Positions 44,460 through 54,184 of a stretch of 64,000 nt of DNA are shown here, one piece after another; positions within the stretch are counted from its first letter, which is position 1; the number at the start of each line of letters is the position of its first letter. Below the pieces are notes generated by a model. The model searched no databases, was not told the DNA's origin, and saw only the letters and a list, made by a program, of their open reading frames with translations. Source of the stretch: an uncultured bacterium. Lineage in GTDB: Bacteria > Gemmatimonadota > Gemmatimonadetes > Gemmatimonadales > Gemmatimonadaceae. The DNA lies in contig CAXBQP010000002.1 in assembly GCA_963978095.1 (NCBI GenBank), positions 64,001 to 128,000 of the forward strand, in the 5' to 3' direction. The position numbers were made by a program, and so were the translations under genes.

Positions 44460-46055
44460 GTGCCGTCGTCGGAGCCGCTCGCGCGTTCACGCCGTCGAGG
44501 ACGGTGGCGTGGGCTGACGGCCGTCGTGATCGTGGTGGCGTGGCTGGCCGGCGTCGCGGTGCTGGTTCGCCGCGAGTTCTTCGTGGGGACCGCGGCGCGA
44601 CTGGCCGATGCTGCGCTGCGCTTGAGTCCCGGTGCGAGCTATTTCGTGGTATCGCAGGGCGGCGAACGGATCGGCTTCGCGTCCAACACGCTGGATACGC
44701 TCGCGTCCGGCATCGAAGTCGTGGACTGGTTCATTGCCGATCTGCCGGTGGGCGGGAGCACGCAGCGGGCGAGTGCCCGATCGGTGATTCACCTGACGCG
44801 CGGGTTGGCATTGCAGAACTTCGACCTGCAGGTCGAGACGCAGGGGACCCCGCTTCATGTGGGTGGCCGCACCGATGGGGACAGCGCCGTGGTCTTCAGC
44901 TTGCGCAGCGGGCCGACGCCACCGGACAGCCAGCGCATCGCGGTGCGCGGACCGATTCTCCTGCCTACCCTCGTCCCGCTGGTGATCGCGTTGGGCGAAA
45001 CGCCGAAAGTCGGCAAGAGCTACCGAGTTCCGACGTTCGATCCGCAGGCGATGCTGTCGCGCGACCTCGCGATCGCCGTGCGGGCGGAGTCACTGTTCAC
45101 GCTCGTCGACAGCGCCACGTACGACGAAGGACGTGCCGAGTGGGTGGCAGCGCACGCGGACACGACCCGGGCGTGGCGGCTCGAACCGACGAACGGCAGC
45201 GGCTTCACCGGCTGGATCGACAGCGAGGGCCGCATCGTCGCCAGCACGCAGCCCGGCGGGATTACGGTGCAGCGCGCCCCGTATCAGATGGCGTTCGAGA
45301 ACTGGCGCATCGCGCGCGATCGTCGGGCGGTCTCCGCGGCCGGGTCGCGCGCGAACGACATCATTGACCGGTCCGCCATCAGCGCCGGCGCCGCGCTTGG
45401 GCGGGCGCGCCTCGGCTCGCTCTCCGTGCGACTGCGCGGCGTGGATCTGACCGGGTACGATCTCGATGGCGGGCGACAACAGCTCCGCGCCCATGAGCTA
45501 CGCGTCGTTCGCGAGACACCCGACGCGCTCGTGGCGACGTGGTCGCTTGCTGGGAAGGGGACCCTCGATCGTGCGCGATTCCGCGCCGAGCTGGCGACGG
45601 AGCCACTCCTGCAAGCGAGCGACGACCGCATCGTATCGCTCGCGGTGCGAATCGCCGGCAACGACCGCGACCCGCGCGTGGTCGCCGAGAAGGTGAACCG
45701 ATGGGTGTTCGATTCGCTCAAGAAAGCGGTCACGCTGAGCGTCCCGAACGCGCTCGACGTGCTTCGCACGCGGACGGGGGATTGCAACGAGCACACGCAA
45801 CTCTATGTCGCCTTGGTGCGGGCCGCGGGAATCCCCGCACGGATCGCGACGGGGCTCGCGTACGTCAACGGCAAGTTCTACTACCACGCGTGGCCCGAGA
45901 TCTGGCTCTCCAACTGGGTGGCGGTGGATCCAACGTTCGGACAGTTCCCGGCGGACGCGTCACACCTCCGCTTCGTGGTGGGAGGACTCGCGCGCCAAGC
46001 CGAGCTGCTCCGCTTGATCGGTACCCTGCACATCGACGTGACCGCCGTCCGATGA
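44460..46055 (+). CDS. Membrane-anchored transglutaminase-like protein
   Basis: One N-terminal TM; GDCNEH, HAW, DPT Cys-His-Asp triad. Confidence 0.88.
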   Translation: MPSSEPLARSRRRGRWRGLTAVVIVVAWLAGVAVLVRREFFVGTAARLADAALRLSPGASYFVVSQGGERIGFASNTLDTLASGIEVVDWFIADLPVGGSTQRASARSVIHLTRGLALQNFDLQVETQGTPLHVGGRTDGDSAVVFSLRSGPTPPDSQRIAVRGPILLPTLVPLVIALGETPKVGKSYRVPTFDPQAMLSRDLAIAVRAESLFTLVDSATYDEGRAEWVAAHADTTRAWRLEPTNGSGFTGWIDSEGRIVASTQPGGITVQRAPYQMAFENWRIARDRRAVSAAGSRANDIIDRSAISAGAALGRARLGSLSVRLRGVDLTGYDLDGGRQQLRAHELRVVRETPDALVATWSLAGKGTLDRARFRAELATEPLLQASDDRIVSLAVRIAGNDRDPRVVAEKVNRWVFDSLKKAVTLSVPNALDVLRTRTGDCNEHTQLYVALVRAAGIPARIATGLAYVNGKFYYHAWPEIWLSNWVAVDPTFGQFPADASHLRFVVGGLARQAELLRLIGTLHIDVTAVR

Positions 46056-46831
46056 CCCTCCCTCCGACGTCCCCGATGATCGAACTGACCGGACTGACCA
46101 AGCGATACGGTTCCTTCACGGCGGTGAATGCGATCGACCTCACGGTTCCGGCCGGTGAACTCTTCGGCTTCCTCGGCCCCAACGGCGCCGGAAAGACGAC
46201 GACGTTGCGCATGATCGCCGGCATCCTCAAACCAACGGCCGGGACGGTACGGATCGCCGGGATCGATCTGGCCGCGGATCCGATCGCGGCGAAGGCGCAG
46301 TTGGGATTCATCCCGGACCGCCCGTTCATCTACGAGAAGTTGACCGGGGGTGAGTTCCTCCGCTTCGTGGCCGGGCTCTTCGGCCAGTCGGGGGCCGAGA
46401 TCGAGCACCGTGCGCGGGAGCTGATGGCGCTCTTCGACCTGGAGGAGTGGCGCGACGAACTCGTGGAGAGCTACTCGCACGGCATGCGGCAGAAACTCAT
46501 CATCGCGAGCGCATTCGTGCACCGGCCCGCCGTGATCGTGGTGGATGAACCGCATGTCGGACTCGACCCCAAGTCGATCAAGATCCTCCGTGATCTCTTC
46601 AGAGAGTACACGCGGCGGGGACACACCATCATGATGAGCACGCATACGCTCGACGCCGCCGAGAGTCTGTGCGATCGGATCGCGATCATGCATGCAGGGC
46701 GCATCGTCGCGTGCGGCTCGATGGCCGACTTGCGGTCGGGTTCGGCGCACGACAGCGGTCTCGAGGAGATCTTCCTGCGCCTCACCGGCCAGCGGGCGGC
46801 GCGGAATCTCGTGGACGTGCTGGACGCGTGA
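46052..46831 (+). CDS. ABC transporter ATP-binding protein
   Basis: GPNGAGKTT, YSHGMRQK, VVDEP, STH. Confidence 0.95.
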   Translation: MTLPPTSPMIELTGLTKRYGSFTAVNAIDLTVPAGELFGFLGPNGAGKTTTLRMIAGILKPTAGTVRIAGIDLAADPIAAKAQLGFIPDRPFIYEKLTGGEFLRFVAGLFGQSGAEIEHRARELMALFDLEEWRDELVESYSHGMRQKLIIASAFVHRPAVIVVDEPHVGLDPKSIKILRDLFREYTRRGHTIMMSTHTLDAAESLCDRIAIMHAGRIVACGSMADLRSGSAHDSGLEEIFLRLTGQRAARNLVDVLDA

Positions 46832-48582
46832 CGGCTCCCGCGAATCGTCCGCACGCCGCGGCGCACGTCGCGGCGCACGACGGCGTGCCGACCGGCGCGT
46901 TGCCTGACGCGCCACTGCTGCACGTCCTGACGCCGAAGTGGCTCACGGCCAGGGCGCGCACGGTGTCGACGGCGGATGGCCGCGGGACGCGCGTCGCGCT
47001 GTTGGGGGTGGTGGGCCTCCTGTTCTGGAGCGTGGTCTTCGCCGTGCTGTACCGGTTGCTCGCCTACTTCAAGAGCGTGCAGGAGATCGGTCCGCTGCTG
47101 GCCGGCAAGTTGCTGGGCCTCATGCTGGTCACCTTTTTTTCGATCCTGCTGCTCTCGAACGTGATCACCGCGCTGTCGAGTTTCTTCCTCGCGAAGGATC
47201 TCGACCTGTTGGTATCGGCTCCGGTCGATTGGCTGCGGGTGTATCTGGCGAAGTTGCTGGAGACGGTGCTCGCCTCGAGTTGGATGGTCGCGTTGATGGC
47301 GATCCCGATGTTGGCGGCGTACGGAATCGCGTACCGCGGCGGATGGGCGTTCCCGTTGCTCGCGGTCGCGGTCTTCGTTCCGTTCCTCGTGCTGCCGTCA
47401 GCCGTGGGAAGCGCGTTGACCCTCCTCCTGGTCAACGTCTTTCCGGCACGACGCACGCGCGACATCCTGAGCGTCATCGCGGGCGTGACGGCCGCGGGGA
47501 TCGTCCTGCTCTTCCGGCTCGTGCGGCCAGAGCGCCTCGCGCGCCCCGAAGGGTTCCGGTCCCTGGTGGAGTTCGTCTCCGTCCTCCGCACGCCGACGTC
47601 GCCGCTCCTGCCGAGCGAGTGGGCCCAGCGGACGATCATGGGGGCGCTCACCGGGCATCAGGACTGGCTCGCCCTGTACCTGCTCTGGACGACCGCCGCA
47701 GTCGCCGTGACATGCGGCGCGCTGTTGCACCGCACGCTGTACCTCCACGGGTTCAGCAAAGCCCAGGAGAGCGCACAACGGGTGATCCAGGCCGGACGGT
47801 GGAGCGCGCTCGGCCAGCAACTGCTCGCCCCGCTCGGCGTGCTGCGTCGCGAGTTGGTCGTCAAGGAACTGCGCCTCTTCTTCCGCGATACGACGCAGTG
47901 GTCGCAGCTGATCCTGCTCGCGGTGCTCGTGGTGGTGTACGTGTTCAACATCAAGTTCCTGCCGTTGCACGGCGAAGGGGTCACCTTCTTTCTCGTCAAC
48001 GTGATCCCGTTCCTGAACCTCGTGCTCGCCGGGTTCGTCTTGGCTTCCATCGCGGCGCGCTTCATCTTTCCCGGCGTGTCGTTGGAGGGACGGACGTTGT
48101 GGCTCCTGCGGTCGAGCCCGATGCCGGTGCGCGACCTGCTCTGGGCCAAGTTCTGGGTCGGCACCGCGCCCTTGCTCGTGCTCGCGATTGGGATCGTGGG
48201 GGTCACGGACTACCTCCTGCAGGTGTCCGCGTTCATGTTCCTCGTGTCGGTGCTGTCGATCACGCTGCTGACGTTCGCGGTCTCGGGCATGGCGATCGCG
48301 TTCGGTACGCTGTTCCCGCAGTACGAGACGGAGAATGCCGCGCAGATTCCCACGTCGTTCGGCGGATTGCTGTTCATGATGGCGTCGATCACGCTGATCG
48401 GCATCGTCGTGGTGCTGGAGGCCAAGCCGGTCTACGGCTACCTGTCGGCGGAGGCGTTCGGCACGCCTGCGGATCCGACGGAGATGATCATGGGATTCAC
48501 CGCCGCGGCGTTGCTGTGCGTCGCTGCGACGGTCGTCCCCATACGCGCGGCGCTCCGGCGCCTCGAGGTGGTGGAACGCTGA
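46828..48582 (+). CDS. Putative ABC exporter permease (two-repeat, about 12 TM)
   Basis: Multi-TM; KELRLFFRD, SLEGRTLWLLRSSP; GTGA overlap with ATPase. Confidence 0.85.
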   Translation: MTAPANRPHAAAHVAAHDGVPTGALPDAPLLHVLTPKWLTARARTVSTADGRGTRVALLGVVGLLFWSVVFAVLYRLLAYFKSVQEIGPLLAGKLLGLMLVTFFSILLLSNVITALSSFFLAKDLDLLVSAPVDWLRVYLAKLLETVLASSWMVALMAIPMLAAYGIAYRGGWAFPLLAVAVFVPFLVLPSAVGSALTLLLVNVFPARRTRDILSVIAGVTAAGIVLLFRLVRPERLARPEGFRSLVEFVSVLRTPTSPLLPSEWAQRTIMGALTGHQDWLALYLLWTTAAVAVTCGALLHRTLYLHGFSKAQESAQRVIQAGRWSALGQQLLAPLGVLRRELVVKELRLFFRDTTQWSQLILLAVLVVVYVFNIKFLPLHGEGVTFFLVNVIPFLNLVLAGFVLASIAARFIFPGVSLEGRTLWLLRSSPMPVRDLLWAKFWVGTAPLLVLAIGIVGVTDYLLQVSAFMFLVSVLSITLLTFAVSGMAIAFGTLFPQYETENAAQIPTSFGGLLFMMASITLIGIVVVLEAKPVYGYLSAEAFGTPADPTEMIMGFTAAALLCVAATVVPIRAALRRLEVVER

Positions 48583-49043
48583 TGCAGATCGGAGTGGCGC
48601 ACGAGACGGACATTCAGGCGGTGGTCGACCTGAACAATCGATTCGCCCCGCAGGGGCTCACACTGCCGCGCTCGCCGAACTTCGCGTATGCGCACCTGCA
48701 GGACTATCGGGTGCTGCGCGACGCGGACGGCGGGATCGTCGGATGCGTCGCGCTGGACGAGTACTCGCCCTCGGTGGTGGAGCTGATCTCGCTCGCCGTC
48801 TCGCCGGACGCGCAGGGCATCGGTCACGGCAAGGTGCTCATCGCGGCGGCCGAACGGTTGGCGCGCACCCGCGGGTACCGGGAGCTGTTCGCCGTCTCGT
48901 ATTCGGACGACCTCTTCCTCTCCTGCGGATTCTCCCGCTCGGCGCTGTCGCGGTTTCCGGAGAAGATCGTGCGCTACCAGTCGCTCGATCAGAGTGAGAT
49001 CCTGGTCGGCGAGAAACATTGTTTCGCCAAAGTCCTGCGCTAG
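48582..49043 (+). CDS. GNAT acetyltransferase (short ArgA-like)
   Basis: LPRS, VGCVAL, ELISLAV, QGIGHGK, PEKI. Confidence 0.8.
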   Translation: MQIGVAHETDIQAVVDLNNRFAPQGLTLPRSPNFAYAHLQDYRVLRDADGGIVGCVALDEYSPSVVELISLAVSPDAQGIGHGKVLIAAAERLARTRGYRELFAVSYSDDLFLSCGFSRSALSRFPEKIVRYQSLDQSEILVGEKHCFAKVLR

Positions 49044-49073
49044 CGTTTCACCAACAGGTCGTGCGGCGGGCGC

Positions 49074-50447
49074 TCAGGACGCCCGGGATGACCACCGGGC
49101 GACGGCCGCTTCCGCCGCCGCATCGCGCCGTTGCTCCTCGGCACGGTCCACGTCTCGCGTGTCAGCGACTGCGACCGCCAATCGAAGCAGGGCGCCGATC
49201 CAGAGCATGGTGGCGCCAATCTCCAGCAGCACGCGGAGCGGCCACAAGGTGATCTTCATGGTGGCGCCGGCCGGACCGATGTCCAACAGCGCGAGTTGTG
49301 CATCCACGAGCACACCGGTGGCGCGTCCGGTCGTCATCATCGGCTCGTAGCGGGAGTCGCCGCGTCCGTCCACATATTCGCGCTGCTCGGCGGTAATCAG
49401 CGGAAGCCGCCGGGACCCGACGCGCGGGGCCAGCGACAGGGCCAGCACATACTGGTTTGGCGGACGCTCGAAACGACTGGTGCCTTGGCTCGTGAAGGTC
49501 CACACACGGCCGAACCGATCCGTCATCGTGGTCGACTGGCCATCGCGGAGACCGACTTCACGCTGCGTACGCAGCGGAACGAGCATGAGGCCGAGCAGCG
49601 CCACCAGCGCTCCCGTGACGCTCACGCGGCGAGCGAAGGCGCCGAGCCCGCCCTCGACGCGGGGGGTGGTGGCCCACGAGGTGACGAGCGCCACCACGAG
49701 CACGATGACCGCACCGAAATGCAACTGATCCCACAGGCGGAAGCCGCCAACGCCGACCTGAGAGGCCGCGCGGAGGCCGAGCAGGATCGCCGGCACCAGC
49801 ACGAGTTCGGTAAGGGCGACGAGCTGGCGCACGAGCACCGTCAGTCGCGCCGCGTACAGGCGATCCAGTGCCGTCAATGCACCCACGAGCGCGGTCGTCG
49901 TGGCGATCCCCAACCCGAACAGGATGAGCGGGTTGGCCAGCAGAATCGATGCGCGTTGCAGCTCGGGTTCCATGCCCAGCCCGTCGATCGGGGCGGGATC
50001 GATGGACGTGAACGGATTGTATTGCACCACGCAAAGGATCAGCGCGAAGAGCACGGTCACCGCGAGCGAGAGCAGCAGCATCGCACCGCGCCGCCCCTCC
50101 TCGTGGAGGGCACGGCGTGCGACGATCCCGGCCGCGGCGGTGAGTCCGGTGGACCAGAGGAGAAGCACGCCGGGAGGGCCCGAGGCGATCGCGCCGAGCT
50201 TGAAGGCATCCGGCAAGCTGAAGGCGGTGAAGGTCGCGACGTACCGGACGGAGAAGTCGCTCGCGATGAGCAGTCGGGCGAGAACGCCGAGAGCGAGCGC
50301 CGACAGGACCGCCGCCCCATTCAGCGCCCACGACGCCCCCGGCAGCCATGCCGAGCGTCGCGTGGCGCCGGCGAGCGTCGCGAGCGTCGCGGCGACTCCC
50401 GCGCAGAGGAACGCGCCCCAGAGTGCGCACTGCCCCAGCGTCGTCAT
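49074..50447 (-). CDS. Shortened, degenerate CcmF/NrfE-like membrane protein
   Basis: DFSVRYVA, GVLLLW, NPF..DGLGMEPELQ resemble the CcmF N-half; WWD motif degraded. Confidence 0.65.
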   Translation of the reverse strand: MTTLGQCALWGAFLCAGVAATLATLAGATRRSAWLPGASWALNGAAVLSALALGVLARLLIASDFSVRYVATFTAFSLPDAFKLGAIASGPPGVLLLWSTGLTAAAGIVARRALHEEGRRGAMLLLSLAVTVLFALILCVVQYNPFTSIDPAPIDGLGMEPELQRASILLANPLILFGLGIATTTALVGALTALDRLYAARLTVLVRQLVALTELVLVPAILLGLRAASQVGVGGFRLWDQLHFGAVIVLVVALVTSWATTPRVEGGLGAFARRVSVTGALVALLGLMLVPLRTQREVGLRDGQSTTMTDRFGRVWTFTSQGTSRFERPPNQYVLALSLAPRVGSRRLPLITAEQREYVDGRGDSRYEPMMTTGRATGVLVDAQLALLDIGPAGATMKITLWPLRVLLEIGATMLWIGALLRLAVAVADTRDVDRAEEQRRDAAAEAAVARWSSRAS

Positions 50448-50454
50448 GCGCGCA

Positions 50455-50778
50455 TCACCGATCGAATTGCCGCATGAGCACGGCCCCCGAGGCCGCGCCG
50501 ATGGCATCCCAGGCGAGATCGCGGAGACTGAAATCCGCGTGCCGTTCTCGATCCCAGAGTTCTTTGCCGATGCCGACCGCGGCCGTCATGCCCGCCGCGC
50601 CTCGGCTCGCAAGACCGTAGCGCATGCCTCGCGACCGGAGTGTAGTGTGCGCGACCGATTGGATGACCGCCGACGCGGTGAAGTGCAGCAGTTTGTCCGG
50701 GCCGAACCACCGGTCACCCGGCGCGGCGGGCGTGGGCGCGGGGCCGCCCCACAGCGCGAACACCAGTACGAAGTTCAT
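50455..50778 (-). CDS. YfiM/DUF2279-like small membrane protein
   Basis: DRWFGPDKLLHF, GKELWD, FSLRDLAWD. Confidence 0.75.
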   Translation of the reverse strand: MNFVLVFALWGGPAPTPAAPGDRWFGPDKLLHFTASAVIQSVAHTTLRSRGMRYGLASRGAAGMTAAVGIGKELWDRERHADFSLRDLAWDAIGAASGAVLMRQFDR

Positions 50779-50784
50779 GGCGCG

Positions 50785-52272
50785 CTACCCGGCATCGCGC
50801 GCCCACGCGACGGCGGCGCGCACCGCCCGGTGCCAGCCACGCAGCGCGTGCTGCGCGGGCAGCGCGCCTTCGCCCGGCACGAACCGCTGGTAGGTGCGCG
50901 CCGTGAGGAACGCGTCGGCACTCGGCCACACCCCCGCCGCGATCCCCGCCAACGCGCCTGCCCCCATCGCCGTCGTCTCGACGATGTCCGGGCGCTCCAC
51001 CGGGACCGACAGGACGTCGGACTGGAACTGCAGCATCCAGTGGTTGGCTGCGGCCCCGCCGTCCACGCGCAGGACGTCGAGCGGTGCGCCACTCGCCGCG
51101 CGCATCGACTGCAGGACGTCCGCCGTCCCGAAGCACATGGACTCCAGCGCGGCACGCACCAGATGGTCGCGCGTCGTCCCCCGGGTAAGGCCGACAATCG
51201 TCCCGCGGGCGTCGGGCTCCCAGACCGGCGCCCCGAGTCCGGTGAGTGCCGGCACGAAGTAGACGCCATCGTTCGCGCGCAGCCCCCGCGCCATCGCCTC
51301 GGAGTCCGATGCGCGCTCGAGCACGCCGAGCCCGTCGCGGAGCCATTGGACCGCGGCGCCGGCGATGAAGATGCTGGCTTCGAGCGCGTAGGCCGGCGCA
51401 CCGTCCGCGTCACAGCAGAGGGTCGTCAGCAGCCCGTCCCCGCCGGCCGGTCGTTTCACGCCGGTATTCAGCAACAAGAAAGCGCCGGTCCCATAGGTGT
51501 TCTTACTCGTCCCTGCCGTCCAGCACCCTTGCCCGAATAGCGCTGCCTGCTGGTCGCCGGCGACGCCGCAGATCGGCAACGCGCGACCCAGATGCTCGGC
51601 CGCGGCCACACCGAACGAGCCGCTCGACGGGCGGACATCGGGCAACAGGTGCATGGGGATGTTGAACAGCGCACAGAGCGGCGCACTCCACGACTTGGCA
51701 TCGATGTCATACAGCATCGTGCGCGACGCATTCGTCGGGTCCGTGGCGTGCACGGCGCCATTGGTGAGGCGCCAGATGAGCCAGCTGTCGATGGTGCCCG
51801 CCGCGACCGTGTCCAGCGGCCGCGGGGCGACCCCGAGCCGGTGTTCGAGCAGCCACTCGAGTTTGGTCGCGGAAAAATACGGATCGGTCACGAGCCCCGT
51901 CGCCGCCGCGATCGCCTGCCGCTGCGGGGTCAGCGCGGCGCAGCGGGCGGCGGTGCGGCGATCCTGCCAGACGATCGCGCGCCCGATCGGGACGCTCGTG
52001 GCACGGTCCCAGAGGAGCACCGTCTCGCGTTGGTTGGTGATGCCGATCGCGTCCGGGAGGATGCCGCCGGCGGCGCTTTGTGCGATCGCATCGCGGGCCG
52101 CTTCCATGGTGCGCACGAAGATCTCGTCGGCGTCGTGCTCCACCCAGCCGGGCTCCGGGAAATACTGCGTGATCTCGCGATAGCCCCGCCCGCAAATCCT
52201 CCCGTCCTCGGTGATCACCAGACAGGTCGAGCCGGTGGTCCCTTGATCGATGGCCAGGACGGCGCGCATCAT
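50785..52272 (-). CDS. glpK: Glycerol kinase
   Basis: DQGTTGS, NQRET, YFSATKL, GDQQAALFGQ, KNTYGTG. Confidence 0.93.
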   Translation of the reverse strand: MMRAVLAIDQGTTGSTCLVITEDGRICGRGYREITQYFPEPGWVEHDADEIFVRTMEAARDAIAQSAAGGILPDAIGITNQRETVLLWDRATSVPIGRAIVWQDRRTAARCAALTPQRQAIAAATGLVTDPYFSATKLEWLLEHRLGVAPRPLDTVAAGTIDSWLIWRLTNGAVHATDPTNASRTMLYDIDAKSWSAPLCALFNIPMHLLPDVRPSSGSFGVAAAEHLGRALPICGVAGDQQAALFGQGCWTAGTSKNTYGTGAFLLLNTGVKRPAGGDGLLTTLCCDADGAPAYALEASIFIAGAAVQWLRDGLGVLERASDSEAMARGLRANDGVYFVPALTGLGAPVWEPDARGTIVGLTRGTTRDHLVRAALESMCFGTADVLQSMRAASGAPLDVLRVDGGAAANHWMLQFQSDVLSVPVERPDIVETTAMGAGALAGIAAGVWPSADAFLTARTYQRFVPGEGALPAQHALRGWHRAVRAAVAWARDAG

Positions 52273-53318
52273 GCGCCTCCGCGGTGCGGGAAGGTGAAGG
52301 CGTAGGGCGCACGGTAAATGCCGCGGTCGGTGACGACGGCCGTCACCAACTCGTGCGGGGTCACGTCGAAGGCCGGGTTGCGCACGGCGATGGTGGCGGG
52401 TGCGACCGCCATGTCGCGCAGGCGGCGTACTTCGTCGGCGTGGCGCTGCTCGATCTCGATGGCGTCGCCGGAGGGTGTCGCGTGATCGATCGTACTCCAC
52501 GGCGCACACACGTAGAACGGGACGCGGTGATGCCGGGCGATCACCGCGATGTTGTACGTCCCGATCTTGTTGGCGACATCGCCATTGGCGGCAATCCGGT
52601 CGGCGCCGACGAAGACCATGTCGATCTCGCCGGCGCGCATCAGGCTCGCGGCCATGGCGTCGGTGATGACGGTGACGGGTACGCCGGCGCGTTCGAGTTC
52701 CCACGCCGTGAGCCGGCTTCCCTGCAGCAGGGGGCGGGTCTCGTCCGCCACCACCTGCACCGCGCGTCCGGCGGCGTGCGCGACATACACCGGAGCGAGT
52801 GCCGTTCCGATGCCGGCCGTGGCGAGCGCGCCCGCATTGCAATGTGTCAGCACGCGACTCCCGTCCGGTATCAGCGTCGCGCCATGGGACCCGATGGCGC
52901 GGCACATCGCCACGTCCTCGTCGAGAATCGCCGTGGCTTCGCGGCGCAGGAGGTCAAGCAGCCCCGCCGTCGTCGCCACCGGTCGCGCGGCGGCGGCATC
53001 GAGCATCCGGCGCAGGGCCCATGCGAGATTCACCGCGGTGGGGCGCGTGCCGGCGATGAGCGCTGCGTGCGCGTGCAGCCGCGCCCGGAACAGCGGCGGA
53101 TCGTCGTCGCGGAACGGAAGGAGCGACGCCACCACACCGATGGCGGCTGCCACGCCGATGGCCGGCGCCCCGCGTACCGCGAGCGTGCGGATCGCGTCCG
53201 TGACGTCCTCGACGGTGCGCAGGTCGCGCTCGACACACGCGTCCGGAAGGAGGCGTTGGTCGATGATGCGAAGCGCGTCACCCGCAGGCGACCACTGCAC
53301 GGCTCGGATGGGTTCCAC
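52269..53318 (-). CDS. mtnA: Methylthioribose-1-phosphate isomerase
   Basis: VRGAPAIG, RPTAVNL, THCNAG, DETRPLLQG, GADRI..NKIG. Confidence 0.93.
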   Translation of the reverse strand: MEPIRAVQWSPAGDALRIIDQRLLPDACVERDLRTVEDVTDAIRTLAVRGAPAIGVAAAIGVVASLLPFRDDDPPLFRARLHAHAALIAGTRPTAVNLAWALRRMLDAAAARPVATTAGLLDLLRREATAILDEDVAMCRAIGSHGATLIPDGSRVLTHCNAGALATAGIGTALAPVYVAHAAGRAVQVVADETRPLLQGSRLTAWELERAGVPVTVITDAMAASLMRAGEIDMVFVGADRIAANGDVANKIGTYNIAVIARHHRVPFYVCAPWSTIDHATPSGDAIEIEQRHADEVRRLRDMAVAPATIAVRNPAFDVTPHELVTAVVTDRGIYRAPYAFTFPHRGGA

Positions 53319-53397
53319 ACGTGGAACCTAACCTCCGCCGACGCGCTGCGGCATTCGCGGATAGATTTCCGGTTCACCTCTTTTCGGTCGCCCCGTC

Positions 53398-54177
53398 ATG
53401 TCCTTCGAGATGCTTCGTGTCGAGATCGTGGACCGCATTGCTACCGTCACGATCAACCGTCCAGACAAACTCAATGCCCTGAACGCCACGCTGATGGGTG
53501 AGATCGGGCGGTGCGTGACGGATCTGCAGCAGGATCCGGCGGTGGGGGCGATCATCCTGACCGGCGCCGGACGGGCCTTCGTCGCGGGTGCGGACATCGG
53601 GGCGATCGCCACGCAGGACGCGACCGCCTTGGCGGAGACATCACGCATCGGACAGGAGGTCTTCCGATCCATCGAGCGTGGTCCGAGACCGGTGATCGCG
53701 GCCGTGAACGGGTTCGCCCTCGGCGGCGGTTGCGAGCTCGCGCTGGCCTGCCACATCCGCATCGTGTCGAGCGCGGCGAAGCTCGGCGTACCCGAGGTCA
53801 AGCTGGGACTCATTCCAGGCTACGGCGGCACCCAGCGGCTGGCGCGGCTCGTCGGACGTGGCCGGGCGCTGCAGCTGCTGCTGACTGGTGATCCGATCGA
53901 CAGCGCCGAGGCGTACCGTCTCGGCATCGCGAACGCAGTGGTCGCGCCGGAGGCGCTGCTCGAGAGTGCCCGCACGATGGCGGCCGCGATGCTCAAAAAT
54001 GGTCCGCTCGCGCTGGCCGCGGCGATCGACGTCGTGGACCGGGGCCTCGATCTCGCGCTCGATCAGGCGCTCGAGCTCGAGACCACGCGGTTCGGCGGGC
54101 TCGCGAACACGGCCGACATGAAGGAAGGCACCGCCGCGTTCCTCGAAAAGCGCGCGCCAGACTTCCGCGGCGCCTGA
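53398..54177 (+). CDS. Enoyl-CoA hydratase/crotonase-family protein
   Basis: AFVAGADI, GGGCELALAC, PEVKLG..PGYGG. Confidence 0.93.
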   Translation: MSFEMLRVEIVDRIATVTINRPDKLNALNATLMGEIGRCVTDLQQDPAVGAIILTGAGRAFVAGADIGAIATQDATALAETSRIGQEVFRSIERGPRPVIAAVNGFALGGGCELALACHIRIVSSAAKLGVPEVKLGLIPGYGGTQRLARLVGRGRALQLLLTGDPIDSAEAYRLGIANAVVAPEALLESARTMAAAMLKNGPLALAAAIDVVDRGLDLALDQALELETTRFGGLANTADMKEGTAAFLEKRAPDFRGA

Positions 54178-54184
54178 GCCGGGC

